Shown: positions 1-9,542 of the stretch, in pieces
Numbering within the stretch: position 1 is the first letter of the stretch
Layout: each line of letters opens with the position of its first letter
The notes under the pieces: model-generated
Told to the model about the DNA's origin: nothing
Database searches by the model: none
Seen by the model: only the letters and a program-made list of their open reading frames with translations
Origin: Trueperaceae bacterium
GTDB lineage: Bacteria; Deinococcota; Deinococci; Deinococcales; Trueperaceae
DNA: 64,000 nt
NCBI GenBank assembly: GCA_965214405.1
Contig: OZ243956.1
Coordinates: 128,001-192,000, forward strand
Direction: 5' to 3'
Made by a program: the position numbers and the translations under genes

Positions 1-70
1 GCGTTAACAAAACAGCTTGGTGAGCGTGGGGAGCCCCCACCGTTGCAGAACTCCCCATTCACCACTAGCC

Positions 71-1300
71 TTATTGGTTAAGCAGCGCGTTTACCGTCGT
101 TTCGGCGTCGGCAAGCGCTTCTTCGGCGCTTTTTTGGCCCAGCATCGCCTCGCCAAAGGCGCGGCGGATTTCGTCTTTGATGTCCTGGCGCACCTGGTTG
201 TCAAAGGAGCGGTCAATTGAGTTGGCCTGGATGCAGCGCGCGCGACCCTCTAAGCTTTCCTCATCGGAGCAGAAGAAAGGGTCCTGGGCGGCCTCAATGG
301 TCGAGGGGAAAATCGACACAAGCTTGGCGAACTCGAGCTGATTAGCGTCGTTCGTGACCCAGTTGGCGAGTTCGATGGCTAAATCAATATTGTCGCTCGC
401 CTTGGGCACGACCATGTTCTGAATCGCGTTGGGGATGATGCCCGTCGCGGTCTGCGGGTAGGGGGCCAGCCCTAAGTTGGCGTAAACCTCGGGGCCGTCC
501 GACTCGACGGTGCGCAGGAACTGCGGCCCCGTGACGAGCATGGCCGACTGGCCGCCCGCAAAGTCGCCGATGGCTTTCTGGTAGTCGAAGTTAATCGCGT
601 CCTGGCTCACCGCGCGGCTCTCGACCGCGTCCACATAGGTCTGGAGCGCGGCGACGCCCGCTTCGGTAGCGAAAGCCGCCTCGGTGCCCGCCTCGGTGAG
701 AATCGGCACGCCGTTCTGGACGAGCCAGTCTTCGGGGAAGGGCAGGGGCGCGACGCCCTCTAAAAGCGTCGCCTCGCGGATGGTCTGGGCCATGCTGATG
801 GCATCTTCATAATTCTCGGGGGGCGCTTCGGGGTCTAGGCCCGCCTGTTCCAAAATCGCTTTGTTGTACATCAGCACCGTGGGCGCCTGATACCAGGGAA
901 ACGCGTACACGTCGCCGTCCACCGAGCTCGACTCGAGCAGCGAGGGAAAGTAGATCGACAACTGCTCTTCCGTGGCCCTTTCGCTCAGATTCACGAGCGC
1001 GTCCTCTCTGGCGGCCAGGAGCATCCTCGAGGTGTTCAAATTGACCACGTCGGGCGCTTGGCCCGCCGCGACGGAAGCGAAGAACCTGTCCGGGAAGCCG
1101 CCGTCGGGCAGGTCTATCCAGTTGACGGTGACGCCCGGATGCTCGGCCTCGAAGCCCTGAATCACGCCGTTTATGTAGTCGTCAAAGGTCGGGGAGAGGG
1201 CCAGGGTCCACATCTCCAACTCGGTATTCTCCTGCGCGAGGGCGGGCGTCACCCCCAGCGCCACGAAAAAGATTAGGCTTAACAAAACTTTCTTGAGCAT
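71..1300 (-). CDS. Sugar ABC transporter substrate-binding protein (family 1)
   Basis: Signal peptide ending ALA-Q; 'FEAEHPGVTVNW', 'AGQAPDVV' and 'YAFPWY..LMYNK' motifs; SD GGAGG upstream. Confidence 0.85.
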   Translation of the reverse strand: MLKKVLLSLIFFVALGVTPALAQENTELEMWTLALSPTFDDYINGVIQGFEAEHPGVTVNWIDLPDGGFPDRFFASVAAGQAPDVVNLNTSRMLLAAREDALVNLSERATEEQLSIYFPSLLESSSVDGDVYAFPWYQAPTVLMYNKAILEQAGLDPEAPPENYEDAISMAQTIREATLLEGVAPLPFPEDWLVQNGVPILTEAGTEAAFATEAGVAALQTYVDAVESRAVSQDAINFDYQKAIGDFAGGQSAMLVTGPQFLRTVESDGPEVYANLGLAPYPQTATGIIPNAIQNMVVPKASDNIDLAIELANWVTNDANQLEFAKLVSIFPSTIEAAQDPFFCSDEESLEGRARCIQANSIDRSFDNQVRQDIKDEIRRAFGEAMLGQKSAEEALADAETTVNALLNQ

Positions 1301-1386
1301 TAAAACCTCCTCTACAGCCTCAGAGCGTTGGGTAGACGCGCCCGCCGCAAAACAGAAGAGACCGACCGGCGCGCTAGGTAACAGGG

Positions 1387-1430
1387 CTGTATGTACATAC
1401 AGTATGACGTTTGGAGGAAGTTTTTGTCAA
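1387..1430 (-). promoter_or_regulatory. Sigma70-like promoter (TTGACA-18-CATACT) with a perfect 16-bp palindromic operator CTGTATGTACATACAG at 1387-1402
   Basis: Minus-strand TTGACA at 1430-1425 and CATACT at 1406-1401; the palindrome overlaps the -10/start region. Confidence 0.6.
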
Positions 1431-1528
1431 CACACCCCTTTTGTGGAGTAGAACTCCAAAAGTTGGTAACCTGGTGGTGAGGCTTTGAGGTCTCGGCGCA
1501 ACGTTCAGAAAACCGTTATCGAAATGCG

Positions 1529-2584
1529 TTAACGCCCGTCGTCTAAGGGTAGGTCCTCGAGGGCGTTAAAAAGCGCCCGACGCGCGCCTAAGGGAGCTTT
1601 AGCGACGATTACGTTGTCGTCGCCAAAGGTGCGTAGCGCCAGCGCCTCGCGCTCTAAAGCCACATAAAGCGCGCTGACCCTGCCGGGAAAGCGTTGCGCG
1701 AAAAGCTCCTTCGCGGTGCCGAAAAGCCCCTCCGCCTCGCCGCAGGTCGCGCCGGGACCCGCCGAAAGTAGATAGCCCACCGCCACCGCCGTGACTGCGG
1801 GGCACGCCTCTTTGATGCCTTTGATAAACTCCTCGTGCCGCCGCCGCTCGTCGGTTAAACGCGCCGCCTCGGTGAGCGCGTTGCTTACGGGCAGGTTGAT
1901 GGCGGGGCGCGCGGGCGGGCGGTAAGGCAGCACCCGAAAGTCGCTCTCGGCGAGCAGCAGGATGTGCGCGAGCGCCCCGAGTCCCTTGACGCCGCTCCCG
2001 CCGTAGCCGCCCATAGATACCTCAGCAGGAATCTCGGCGTGAAGGATTTTACCGCCCTCCAAATAGAGAAGCCCCTCGCGCCCCGCCGGGCCGAATTCCA
2101 ACATCCCGTTTTGACCCGCCAGCCCCATCATCTCCAAAAGACCGTCGAGGGGAACGAGCGAGGTGTTGCCCGAGAGCGGCGTCTCTTTCGCGCCCGCGCT
2201 CGGCTTAGCCACCACAGAGGGCAGCTCGAGCGTCTCGTGTTCGGTCGGGTTTGTGGGCCGTGGCAGCGAACCCGGCGGCGGCGGAAACGGCAGCGTGTCG
2301 GTTGGGTCGGCGTGGCGGTGCCCCCTATCGGTCTGGGTGTTGCCAATCACATAAAAAGGCAAGTCGGGCGAAAGCCGCCGCGTCCAGGCCAAAAAGCCGC
2401 CCACGCTCGCGCCGCGCACGAGTTCGTCACAAAAAACCGCGCTGTAGTGAACCTCGCGCAGGCTCTCCAACGCCTCCCGCGGATTCTGAAACGAATTCAC
2501 CTGCCACCCCACCTCGGCCAGCGACTTTTCCAGGGTCTTGAGCCGATTATAGATCGTGGCAATCACCAAAGCTTTAGTCCCCAA
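1529..2584 (-). CDS. Receiver-like domain + DUF4388 domain protein with a possible C-terminal roadblock-like domain
   Basis: N-terminal CheY-like pattern (..AVFCDE..); 'LSGNTSLVPLDGLLEMMGLAGQNGMLEF..GLLYLEGGKILHA' typical of DUF4388. Confidence 0.65.
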   Translation of the reverse strand: MGTKALVIATIYNRLKTLEKSLAEVGWQVNSFQNPREALESLREVHYSAVFCDELVRGASVGGFLAWTRRLSPDLPFYVIGNTQTDRGHRHADPTDTLPFPPPPGSLPRPTNPTEHETLELPSVVAKPSAGAKETPLSGNTSLVPLDGLLEMMGLAGQNGMLEFGPAGREGLLYLEGGKILHAEIPAEVSMGGYGGSGVKGLGALAHILLLAESDFRVLPYRPPARPAINLPVSNALTEAARLTDERRRHEEFIKGIKEACPAVTAVAVGYLLSAGPGATCGEAEGLFGTAKELFAQRFPGRVSALYVALEREALALRTFGDDNVIVAKAPLGARRALFNALEDLPLDDGR

Positions 2585-2895
2585 GACGCACCGGCTCCTC
2601 TCCCCAACTTGGTTCTACAGCGGCTTTCGAAAATATTGAGCTCGTTCAACATAGCTTATTCGATATAAGTACCATTACTGTAACTGCGGTCTAGACGGTT
2701 ACAAATTGATGGCTCAAACCAGGGTGTTGTCTACTACCAAATTTTACGTCTCAGGCTCACCTTTTATCCTCCCCGAGTGCTTCCAGCATCTATTGTTAAG
2801 TAGCGGGGGTCAAAGGGATGTACGAAACCCCGCAGCGTCCCCCGAGAGTTAGAAACACCTCCAAAGCGCGTCTCGAGGGGTTACAATGAGCCACT

Positions 2896-3759
2896 TTGAA
2901 GCTGGCTATCATCGCGGACATCCACGGCAATTTGCAGGCGCTCGAGGCCGTACTCACCGATATTAGAGAACAGAAAATAGACACCGTCATCGTCAACGGG
3001 GACATGGTCAACCGCGGTCCCAGCAACGTCGAGGTGATGGAACGCGTGACCGGCGAGGGGCTGCCGATGACGCTCGGCAACCACGACGACCTCATGCGCA
3101 AGTGGGTGGACCGCGACGCGGACATCCCGCCCCTGTGGTTTGAAGACCCCTTTTGGGACGGCACCGCCTGGTGGGCGGCGCGGGGGCTTCAAAGGGCGGG
3201 CTGGATTGACACCTTTAGAACCTTGCCTATGACGCACGCCGTCACGCCCAAGGGAGCACCGAGTTTGCTTCTCTCGCACGGCTCGCCCCGGCACTACCGC
3301 GAGGGCTACGGCAAGTTTTTGACCGACGCGGACATTGAGGGCATCCTCGAGCTCACCCCCGCGGACGTCCTCATCGGCTCGCACACGCATAGCCCCATAG
3401 AGCGCCGCTGGAGCCGTTATCTGGTCCTCAACACAGGCGCCGTCGGCACGCCCTTTAACGGCGACCCGCGCGCGCAGTATCTTGTCATGCACCTTCAGGA
3501 CGGCGAATGGGCACACGAGTTCCGGGCCGTGCCCTATGACCGGGCGGGGGCGCTGAAAGCGTTTGAGACGAAGGGGCTGCTCGAGGAGGGCGGCCTAAGC
3601 GCCCGCATCTTTTACGAGGAACTCCTCTGCGCCCGCTCCTTTCTGACGCCCTTTCTCATGTGGACCGAAAAACAGGGCATACCGCAGGATGAAGAGACCT
3701 GGGCGCGCTTTAAGAAAGCCTTTGCGGACCGTTTTTGCGAGGAGGCCGGGGCGCTCTAG
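2896..3759 (+). CDS. Calcineurin-like metallophosphoesterase
   Basis: DIHGN, GDMVNRGP, GNHD, HGSP, SHTH and NTGAVG motifs; TACAAT 8 nt before the TTG start. Confidence 0.9.
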   Translation: MKLAIIADIHGNLQALEAVLTDIREQKIDTVIVNGDMVNRGPSNVEVMERVTGEGLPMTLGNHDDLMRKWVDRDADIPPLWFEDPFWDGTAWWAARGLQRAGWIDTFRTLPMTHAVTPKGAPSLLLSHGSPRHYREGYGKFLTDADIEGILELTPADVLIGSHTHSPIERRWSRYLVLNTGAVGTPFNGDPRAQYLVMHLQDGEWAHEFRAVPYDRAGALKAFETKGLLEEGGLSARIFYEELLCARSFLTPFLMWTEKQGIPQDEETWARFKKAFADRFCEEAGAL

Positions 3760-3818
3760 CCCAAGAGACAGTGAAACCCGTCTAAAGCGCCCTCGGCAAA
3801 CTTCACACCCTCGCCTGA

Positions 3819-4055
3819 CTACAAGCCCGAAAGCTCGTAATTTTTGGCGATGAACGACTCCCACTCGCTCGGCACGTCCTCCTCGGTGTAAATTGCCGAG
3901 ACCGGGCAGACGGGCACGCACGCGCCGCAGTCGATGCACTCCTCCGGGTGGATGTAAAACTGGTCGTCGGTTTCGTAGATGCACTCGACCGGGCACACGT
4001 CCACACAAGACGAATCTTTGGTGCCGATGCAGGGTTCGCAAATGATATGAGGCAT
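3819..4055 (-). CDS. fdx: Dicluster (7Fe-type) ferredoxin
   Basis: C-x2-C-x7-C-x3-CP and C-x2-C-x2-C-x3-CP motifs; SD AAGGAG. Confidence 0.9.
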   Translation of the reverse strand: MPHIICEPCIGTKDSSCVDVCPVECIYETDDQFYIHPEECIDCGACVPVCPVSAIYTEEDVPSEWESFIAKNYELSGL

Positions 4056-4229
4056 GTACAGCTCCTTTCTCTCGTAGGCTTCACAACATGTTCCGCACGC
4101 CCCCGAAAGACGGGACGCCCCTCATTATTACCACGCCGGGCGCGCCTCGAGCGGGCGCTTTTCTCACCATTACGGACGGCGGGAGGTTGTCAGAAACTTC
4201 TGTGGTGAGGTTAGGCTCGAGAAAGGGAG

Positions 4230-4297
4230 GAGTACCGAGTGCCGAGTATCGGGTCGAAAGTAGATGTCTCGGTACTCACTACTCTGGACTCGGTACT
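4230..4297. repeat. Intergenic heptamer-based inverted repeat (GAGTACC / GGTACTC family); related copy at 36714-36750
   Basis: 'gagtaccgagtgccgagtatcgggtcgaaag...ctcggtactc...ggactcggtact' versus 'gagtaccgagtcgaagg..caggactcggtact'. Confidence 0.6.
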
Positions 4298-4371
4298 GTC
4301 TTCACCTCGAGCGCCCCAAGTAACGCATTTCATTGACAAACCATTCGGAGCAAAAATGGTAGCTTTGCTTT

Positions 4372-5847
4372 GTGCCACGCTCGAGCAAACTGACCTTTGA
4401 ACGGGGCACCCTAGTCGTCCACCCGCCGCCCAAGGGCAAAGCCTGGATCGACTTTGTCACCTGGGACGACCGGATCGAGAAGTTCCGTTTGCCCGCAAAC
4501 CGCTACCGGGGCTTCTTAGAGGCGATGGGGGCGGAGGGCGTCGCGGTCACGGACAAGGCCAAGGGCTTTGGTGAGGTCAACTTAAGTCCGGCGACGGCCA
4601 AAAAGCCCTACCCCCATCAAAAAGAGGCGCTTAATGCCTGGACCCAAGCCGGGCGGCAAGGCGTGGTGGTGCTGCCCACGGGCGCGGGCAAAACGTATCT
4701 GGCGCAGCTCGCCATGCAGGCCACGCCCCGGCACACGCTCATCCTGGTCCCGACGCTTGACCTCATGCACCAGTGGTATGCGGGGCTGTTAGCAGCCTTT
4801 CCCGACGCGGACATCGGCCTTTTGGGGGGCGGGTCCAAGGACAGAACGCCCATCCTGGTCTCGACTTATGACAGCGCCGCCATCCACGCCGAGACGCTGG
4901 GCAACCGCTACGGGCTGCTCATCTTCGACGAGTGCCACCACCTGCCGGGCGAGTTCTACCGGGTCATCGCGGAGTATTCCATCGCCCCCTACCGCTTAGG
5001 GCTCACCGCGACGGTCGAGCGGAGCGACGGCAGGGAGAGCGATTTGGACGCGCTCGTCGGCCCCGTCGTGTACTACAAAACCGCCGCCGACCTTTCCGGC
5101 GACGCGCTCGCGGAGCACCGCATCGTCCAAATTAAAGTGAAGCTCTCCGAAGCCGAGCGGGCGCGCTACGATGAACTCATCCGTACGAGAAACAACTTTT
5201 TGGCCGAGCAAAATATCCACTTGGGTAACCTCGTGGGCTGGGGGATGTTCGTCCGCGCGAGCGCCCGCTCGAGCGCAGGCCGCGCGGCCATGCTCGCGCA
5301 CCGCGAGGCTCGAGCCATCGCTTTTGGCACCGAGGGCAAGCTGCGGGTCTTGTCCGACTTGCTCGCGCAGCACTACCCGGCGCGCACGCTCGTCTTTACC
5401 GACGACAACGCGACGGTCTACCGCATCTCGCAGTCCTTTCTGATTCCGGCCATCACGCACCAGACCAAGGTCAAGGAGCGGCACGAGACGCTTGATAAAT
5501 TTCGCAGCGGCGACTACCCGACGCTGGTGACCTCCAAAGTTTTGAACGAGGGCGTGGACGTGCCCGAGGCGAGCGTGGCGGTGGTGCTGTCGGGGACGGG
5601 CTCGAGCCGCGAATACGTCCAGCGCTTAGGGAGAATTCTACGCAAGGGCGAGGGCAAGCTGGCGCTCCTTTATGAAGTCGTCGCCGAAGACACCAGTGAA
5701 GAGGGCGTGTCGAAAAGGCGACGCGCCGAACGGAAGCCGCCCCCAGGGCTTCAGAAAAAGCTTCACGCGAATGAGAAGAACGCGCAGAGGCCGCTCGAGT
5801 TCGAGCCCATTTCCGAGGACGACACCCTGTCCATCGAGGATTTGTAG
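4372..5847 (+). CDS. XPB/Rad25-like SF2 DNA helicase (short, archaeal-type architecture)
   Basis: PYPHQ Q-motif, LPTGAGKT, DECHH, LGLTAT followed by ERSDG (RED-like), LNEGVDVP, QRLGRILR. Confidence 0.9.
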   Translation: MPRSSKLTFERGTLVVHPPPKGKAWIDFVTWDDRIEKFRLPANRYRGFLEAMGAEGVAVTDKAKGFGEVNLSPATAKKPYPHQKEALNAWTQAGRQGVVVLPTGAGKTYLAQLAMQATPRHTLILVPTLDLMHQWYAGLLAAFPDADIGLLGGGSKDRTPILVSTYDSAAIHAETLGNRYGLLIFDECHHLPGEFYRVIAEYSIAPYRLGLTATVERSDGRESDLDALVGPVVYYKTAADLSGDALAEHRIVQIKVKLSEAERARYDELIRTRNNFLAEQNIHLGNLVGWGMFVRASARSSAGRAAMLAHREARAIAFGTEGKLRVLSDLLAQHYPARTLVFTDDNATVYRISQSFLIPAITHQTKVKERHETLDKFRSGDYPTLVTSKVLNEGVDVPEASVAVVLSGTGSSREYVQRLGRILRKGEGKLALLYEVVAEDTSEEGVSKRRRAERKPPPGLQKKLHANEKNAQRPLEFEPISEDDTLSIEDL

Positions 5848-7061
5848 TGCTGCCCTCGCCCCTGCTGATGTACCGCTACAACGGTGAAGAGTTAGCGCCT
5901 AAAAGGCTCGAGCTGGACCGGGCCAACCTGGCCGTGGCGAACGAGACTATCGCGCTCTTCCGCGAGCGTCAGGGGTCGCGGCGAGGGGAGCTTGACGAGC
6001 AGTTGCAAGTGCTCGAGGGTGAAGGCACCGACTACCGCATTAAACGCGGGCTGGCGCACATCCTTACTAATTCCTTTAGCACTTTTGAGACGGTGAGCCC
6101 CTTAGAGCCCCCCATCTTACGCGAACGCGTCTTCGCGCACGCCGCCGCCGCGCTGCCCGCGCCGCACAACGCGCGCGCGACCTTTGAATATGTCGCCTAC
6201 GCGCTTTCTCAGGACTTGGGCCGCGAGGTGCAGCCCCAGGAGGTTGAACGGGGCCTCTACGCCGACCTGGCCGAGAACCAAATTATGACCGACTTTGACG
6301 CGCCCGCGCCCGAGGCGCTGCTGCACCGCTACAACCTCGCGCAGGCGCAAGGTGTCCTTTACCGCGCCAAGCAGGTCGTCTTGACCGCGCACCGCAACGA
6401 CCCCGGCGAATACAAGCTCCTCTTTCGCTACCTCAAACTCTTCGGCCTGATGAGCTACATCGAGGGCGACCCCGACCACGGCTTTACCATCACGATTGAC
6501 GGCCCCGCGAGTCTTTTCGGCTCGAGCACCCGCTACGGCCTCTCCCTAGCCAAGATGCTCCCCGCGCTCCTCCACGTGACGCGCTGGAGCATGGTGGCCG
6601 AACTCAAACCAAAAACCCGCTACGACGGCACCACGACGCCCGCACGCTTTACGCTTCAATCGGGCTGTGGCCTCGTCTCGCACTACCCGCCCGGCAAGAC
6701 GTACGACAGCATGGTCGAAAAGTCTTTCGCCGAGAGGTGGCAAAAAACGGACACGGAGTGGAAGCTCGAGCGCGAGGTGGATTTAGTCTCCATCCCCGGC
6801 AGCGTCATGGTCCCCGACTTCCGGCTCGTCCACCCCGACGGTCGGTCGTTTTTGTTGGAAATCGTCGGCTACTGGCGTCCAGAGTATTTGAAAAAGAAGT
6901 TCGCGCAAATCCGCAAGTCGTTTCGTGACGACATCATCCTGGCCGTGTCCGAAAAGCTCAACTTGGAAAACGCGGGCATCAAGATTGAGGACGTGCCCGC
7001 AAAAATTGTGTGGTTTAAGGAGCGGGTGATTCCTAACGGGGTGCTGTCGCTGCTCGAGTAA
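5847..7061 (+). CDS. DUF790 family (Bax1-like) endonuclease
   Basis: 'LYADLAENQ', 'RYNLAQAQGVLY', 'DGPASLF..STRYG', 'DSMVEKSF' and 'PDF...LEIVGYW' PD-(D/E)xK-like motif; GTG start overlaps the helicase TAG. Confidence 0.85.
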   Translation: MLPSPLLMYRYNGEELAPKRLELDRANLAVANETIALFRERQGSRRGELDEQLQVLEGEGTDYRIKRGLAHILTNSFSTFETVSPLEPPILRERVFAHAAAALPAPHNARATFEYVAYALSQDLGREVQPQEVERGLYADLAENQIMTDFDAPAPEALLHRYNLAQAQGVLYRAKQVVLTAHRNDPGEYKLLFRYLKLFGLMSYIEGDPDHGFTITIDGPASLFGSSTRYGLSLAKMLPALLHVTRWSMVAELKPKTRYDGTTTPARFTLQSGCGLVSHYPPGKTYDSMVEKSFAERWQKTDTEWKLEREVDLVSIPGSVMVPDFRLVHPDGRSFLLEIVGYWRPEYLKKKFAQIRKSFRDDIILAVSEKLNLENAGIKIEDVPAKIVWFKERVIPNGVLSLLE

Positions 7062-7075
7062 GGTAACTTGGACTA

Positions 7076-7417
7076 TCACGACAAATCACGAATCTCCACA
7101 AGTGCTTCACCCGCCTCAAACAAGGACAGCGCCTTTTTGAAAGTTTCGGTCAGCACCTTTTTCATCCGCGCGTTCGTCGTGTTACCTAATGTCACTAAAA
7201 GAATTTGAGGAGGCGGCCCGTACTGCTCGAGCAAGCTCACAAAGTCACTGTCTTTAGTCATGACCACCCCTGATGCGGTTCGCGCAGCCTCAAATATCTC
7301 CTTGTCAGCGGCGTCTCGGTAGCCTAGATATTTGACCGAATACGCTTCAACTTCAAACGTTTCGCTAAGCCAAGGAGCCAGCACAGGTGACAGTTGTGCG
7401 TCTATCCAAAAGGTCAC
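7076..7417 (-). CDS. DUF5615 PIN-like toxin (VapC45-like)
   Basis: 'FWIDAQLSP', 'D.EIF..A', 'VMTKDSDF' and 'PPQIL' motifs; 4-bp overlap with the DUF433 gene. Confidence 0.85.
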   Translation of the reverse strand: MTFWIDAQLSPVLAPWLSETFEVEAYSVKYLGYRDAADKEIFEAARTASGVVMTKDSDFVSLLEQYGPPPQILLVTLGNTTNARMKKVLTETFKKALSLFEAGEALVEIRDLS

Positions 7418-7650
7418 GCGGCAAGAACAGGGTGGTTTAACCGACGCGACGCAAACGCGAGAGAGGCGGTAATGTCTTCAGGTTCTAAGTCAGGCAGCTC
7501 TTCAATCACTTTTTCAGGAGAGAGACCCGCGGCCAGTAAATCGAGAACGTCAATCACGCGGATACGCATCCCCCTGATGCAAGCGCGCCCCCCGCACTGT
7601 TCGGGGTTGATGGTGATTCGTTCTAGGAGGTTGCTCGAGCTTTTGCTCAT
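7414..7650 (-). CDS. DUF433 antitoxin (VapB45-like)
   Basis: 'RITINPEQCGGRACIRGMRIRVIDVLDLLAAG..PDLEPEDI'; TATAAT 6 nt before the ATG. Confidence 0.9.
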   Translation of the reverse strand: MSKSSSNLLERITINPEQCGGRACIRGMRIRVIDVLDLLAAGLSPEKVIEELPDLEPEDITASLAFASRRLNHPVLAA

Positions 7651-7814
7651 GAGATTATTATACCTGCGCCAGACTTAAAAGTTTATTTTCGCATTTTCAT
7701 AACGGGTACATCCTTCGCTACGCATAATTAGCCACTGAACTCCTGTACACTGAGATAAGCTGCACCAGTTTGAGAAGCATGAACCAGTCTAAGAACTCCC
7801 ATTAGGTGCATAAG

Positions 7815-8626
7815 CTACCAATGCAGTAGTACCCGCAAGCAGATGAGGATAGCCGAGACGGTGGCGTAAGCAAGGTAATGTTCCGCTTTCCGTTCGTAGC
7901 GGACTACTAGCCCTCGGAAGTTGTCCTGCCAAGCATTGACCCGTTCCACTTGCCAACGCCTTTTGCTGGCCGGGTACAGCTTCGGCTTCGGCCCCTTCTG
8001 ACGACGCTTGCCTCTTCTCTTTCTTTCGGGTACGGAAGCGCGGATGCCCCGAGCCCGCAGAGACTGCCGGAGGTCACGACTGTCGTAGGCTCTGTCCATA
8101 GCAACTTCTAAAAGTCGGGTTTTGGGACGCCCTCGCCCCGCTTTAGGAACACGTACCTTCGCAAGAACATCAAGAGCCACACTTGATTCGGCGGTGCTGG
8201 CGCTTGCCAGAGACAAAGCGACCGGAATGCCGTGGGCTTCGTTGGCGACCATTAAAGTAGAGCCTTTCCCTTTGTAGCCGTAGTCGATGCGGTTGCCCCC
8301 CTTTTTGCAGGGACAAAGCTCCCATCTAGCGCGCCTTCTCCGAGGTTGAGCTTTCCTTCTTTATCAAGCAGCCCCAGAAGCTCCTGGAAAAGCTCATCCC
8401 ACACCCCTTCTTCCGTCCAGCGCCTCAGCCAGTAGTAGACGGTACTACGTGCAGCATACGCCTCTGTTCTCGGGAGGTCTTTGTACCTTACCCCCGTCTT
8501 GAGCCGGTAGATGACGCTGTTCAGCACCTCTCTATCGTGTTCCCGGCGGCGTCCGGTAGAGGGTTGTGGAGGAAGCAGCGGTTCGAGAATCTCCCACTGC
8601 TCATTGGTGAGCTTAGCATCGTTCAT
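7815..8626 (-). mobile_element. IS5-family transposase encoded as two ORFs joined by a probable -1 programmed frameshift
   Basis: orfA 'LTNEQWEILEPLLP...GRRR..REVLN..Y..KTG..Y.DLP...STVY.WLRRW..GVW'; orfB 'DRAYDS...RWQVERVNAW..FR.L..RYER'; minus-strand A5G6 run at 8306-8296 fuses ..PAK to KGGNRIDYGYKGKGSTLMVANE. Confidence 0.9.
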
Positions 8627-8670
8627 GGCTCTACACTATTCACCTACTCAAACTTTTATGCGTTCTTGGA

Positions 8671-9234
8671 CTACTTCTCCATGAAAAGGTACCTGAGCAA
8701 CAGTCTCACCGTTCTCAGCAGCCTCGTAACAAAACCTCTCATTTTCAGCGTCTTATAGCATTCGGTAAACGCTAGGATTTTCTGGCCACTCGGAGCTAAA
8801 CGGAGCGTCCTTACCAAAATCGGAATGGTCAGAGAATCGCTAAAACCCATGATGTTGGTGACGAGCAACCCTTCCAGAGTTTCCGGTAACGATTCTTCCT
8901 CGAGTTCCACCTCAGCGTGGGCTGTAATAAGCGCCTCTTCCAAACGCTGCTGCCGCGCGGCTTGAAGCATTCCTAGCGCCCACGCGACCTGTTCAACATG
9001 ATTTTTCTCAACTAAAAATAAGGTTTCCGCAGCGCCACCCAAGATGAGCATCCTCGAGCCGGAATCTGACTCTTCGATAGCTTTAGCGAGGATAATAACG
9101 GCTTCCGGTGCTAAATTGCCCTTTACAACTTCTCTCTGCAACGCCTCATCGACGAGTGCAGCATCCTCTCGTTCCTCTTGCCCGAAATACTGTGAGAGCC
9201 CCCCAAACTCTTTAGTTCCAGATAATTTGCTCAC
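8671..9234 (-). CDS. Hypothetical protein (lower-GC orphan)
   Basis: 187-aa ORF; TAAAGT 6 nt before the GTG; no family recognised. Confidence 0.55.
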   Translation of the reverse strand: MSKLSGTKEFGGLSQYFGQEEREDAALVDEALQREVVKGNLAPEAVIILAKAIEESDSGSRMLILGGAAETLFLVEKNHVEQVAWALGMLQAARQQRLEEALITAHAEVELEEESLPETLEGLLVTNIMGFSDSLTIPILVRTLRLAPSGQKILAFTECYKTLKMRGFVTRLLRTVRLLLRYLFMEK

Positions 9235-9542
9235 GCGTAAACTTTAACAGTGTCTTATAGAGTTGTCAACTTTAGAGTTACATATAATTATTTTTTGGAC
9301 TAACAATAACGCCCACACCCAAACAAACTCTGTCTGTTAAAGCATATAGCTTGACAAAAACTAAACATAAGTATAAATTAGCAGTTAGTGCTAAGGAGAT
9401 ATATCTCAAGGAGGTAACTAAAGAAGGAGAATATAGAGTCCTTGTTAGCTAACTAGAGGCTGCTCTCAATCTTGGTTAGGAAAAGGAACATGGCTTTCCT
9501 CTCAGTTCGTCCGCGAGTACGAACATTTTAGAAAGGTTACTT

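Noticed and set aside
2672..2712. Hairpin containing GGTCTAGAC as a possible DasR/NagR site or riboswitch
   Set aside because: Only the core of the dre consensus matches and no riboswitch signature is recognisable
7789..8670. Terminal inverted repeats and target duplication of the IS5 element
   Set aside because: Only weak partial matches (AAGAAC.C or GCATAA) at the two ends, so I cannot define boundaries
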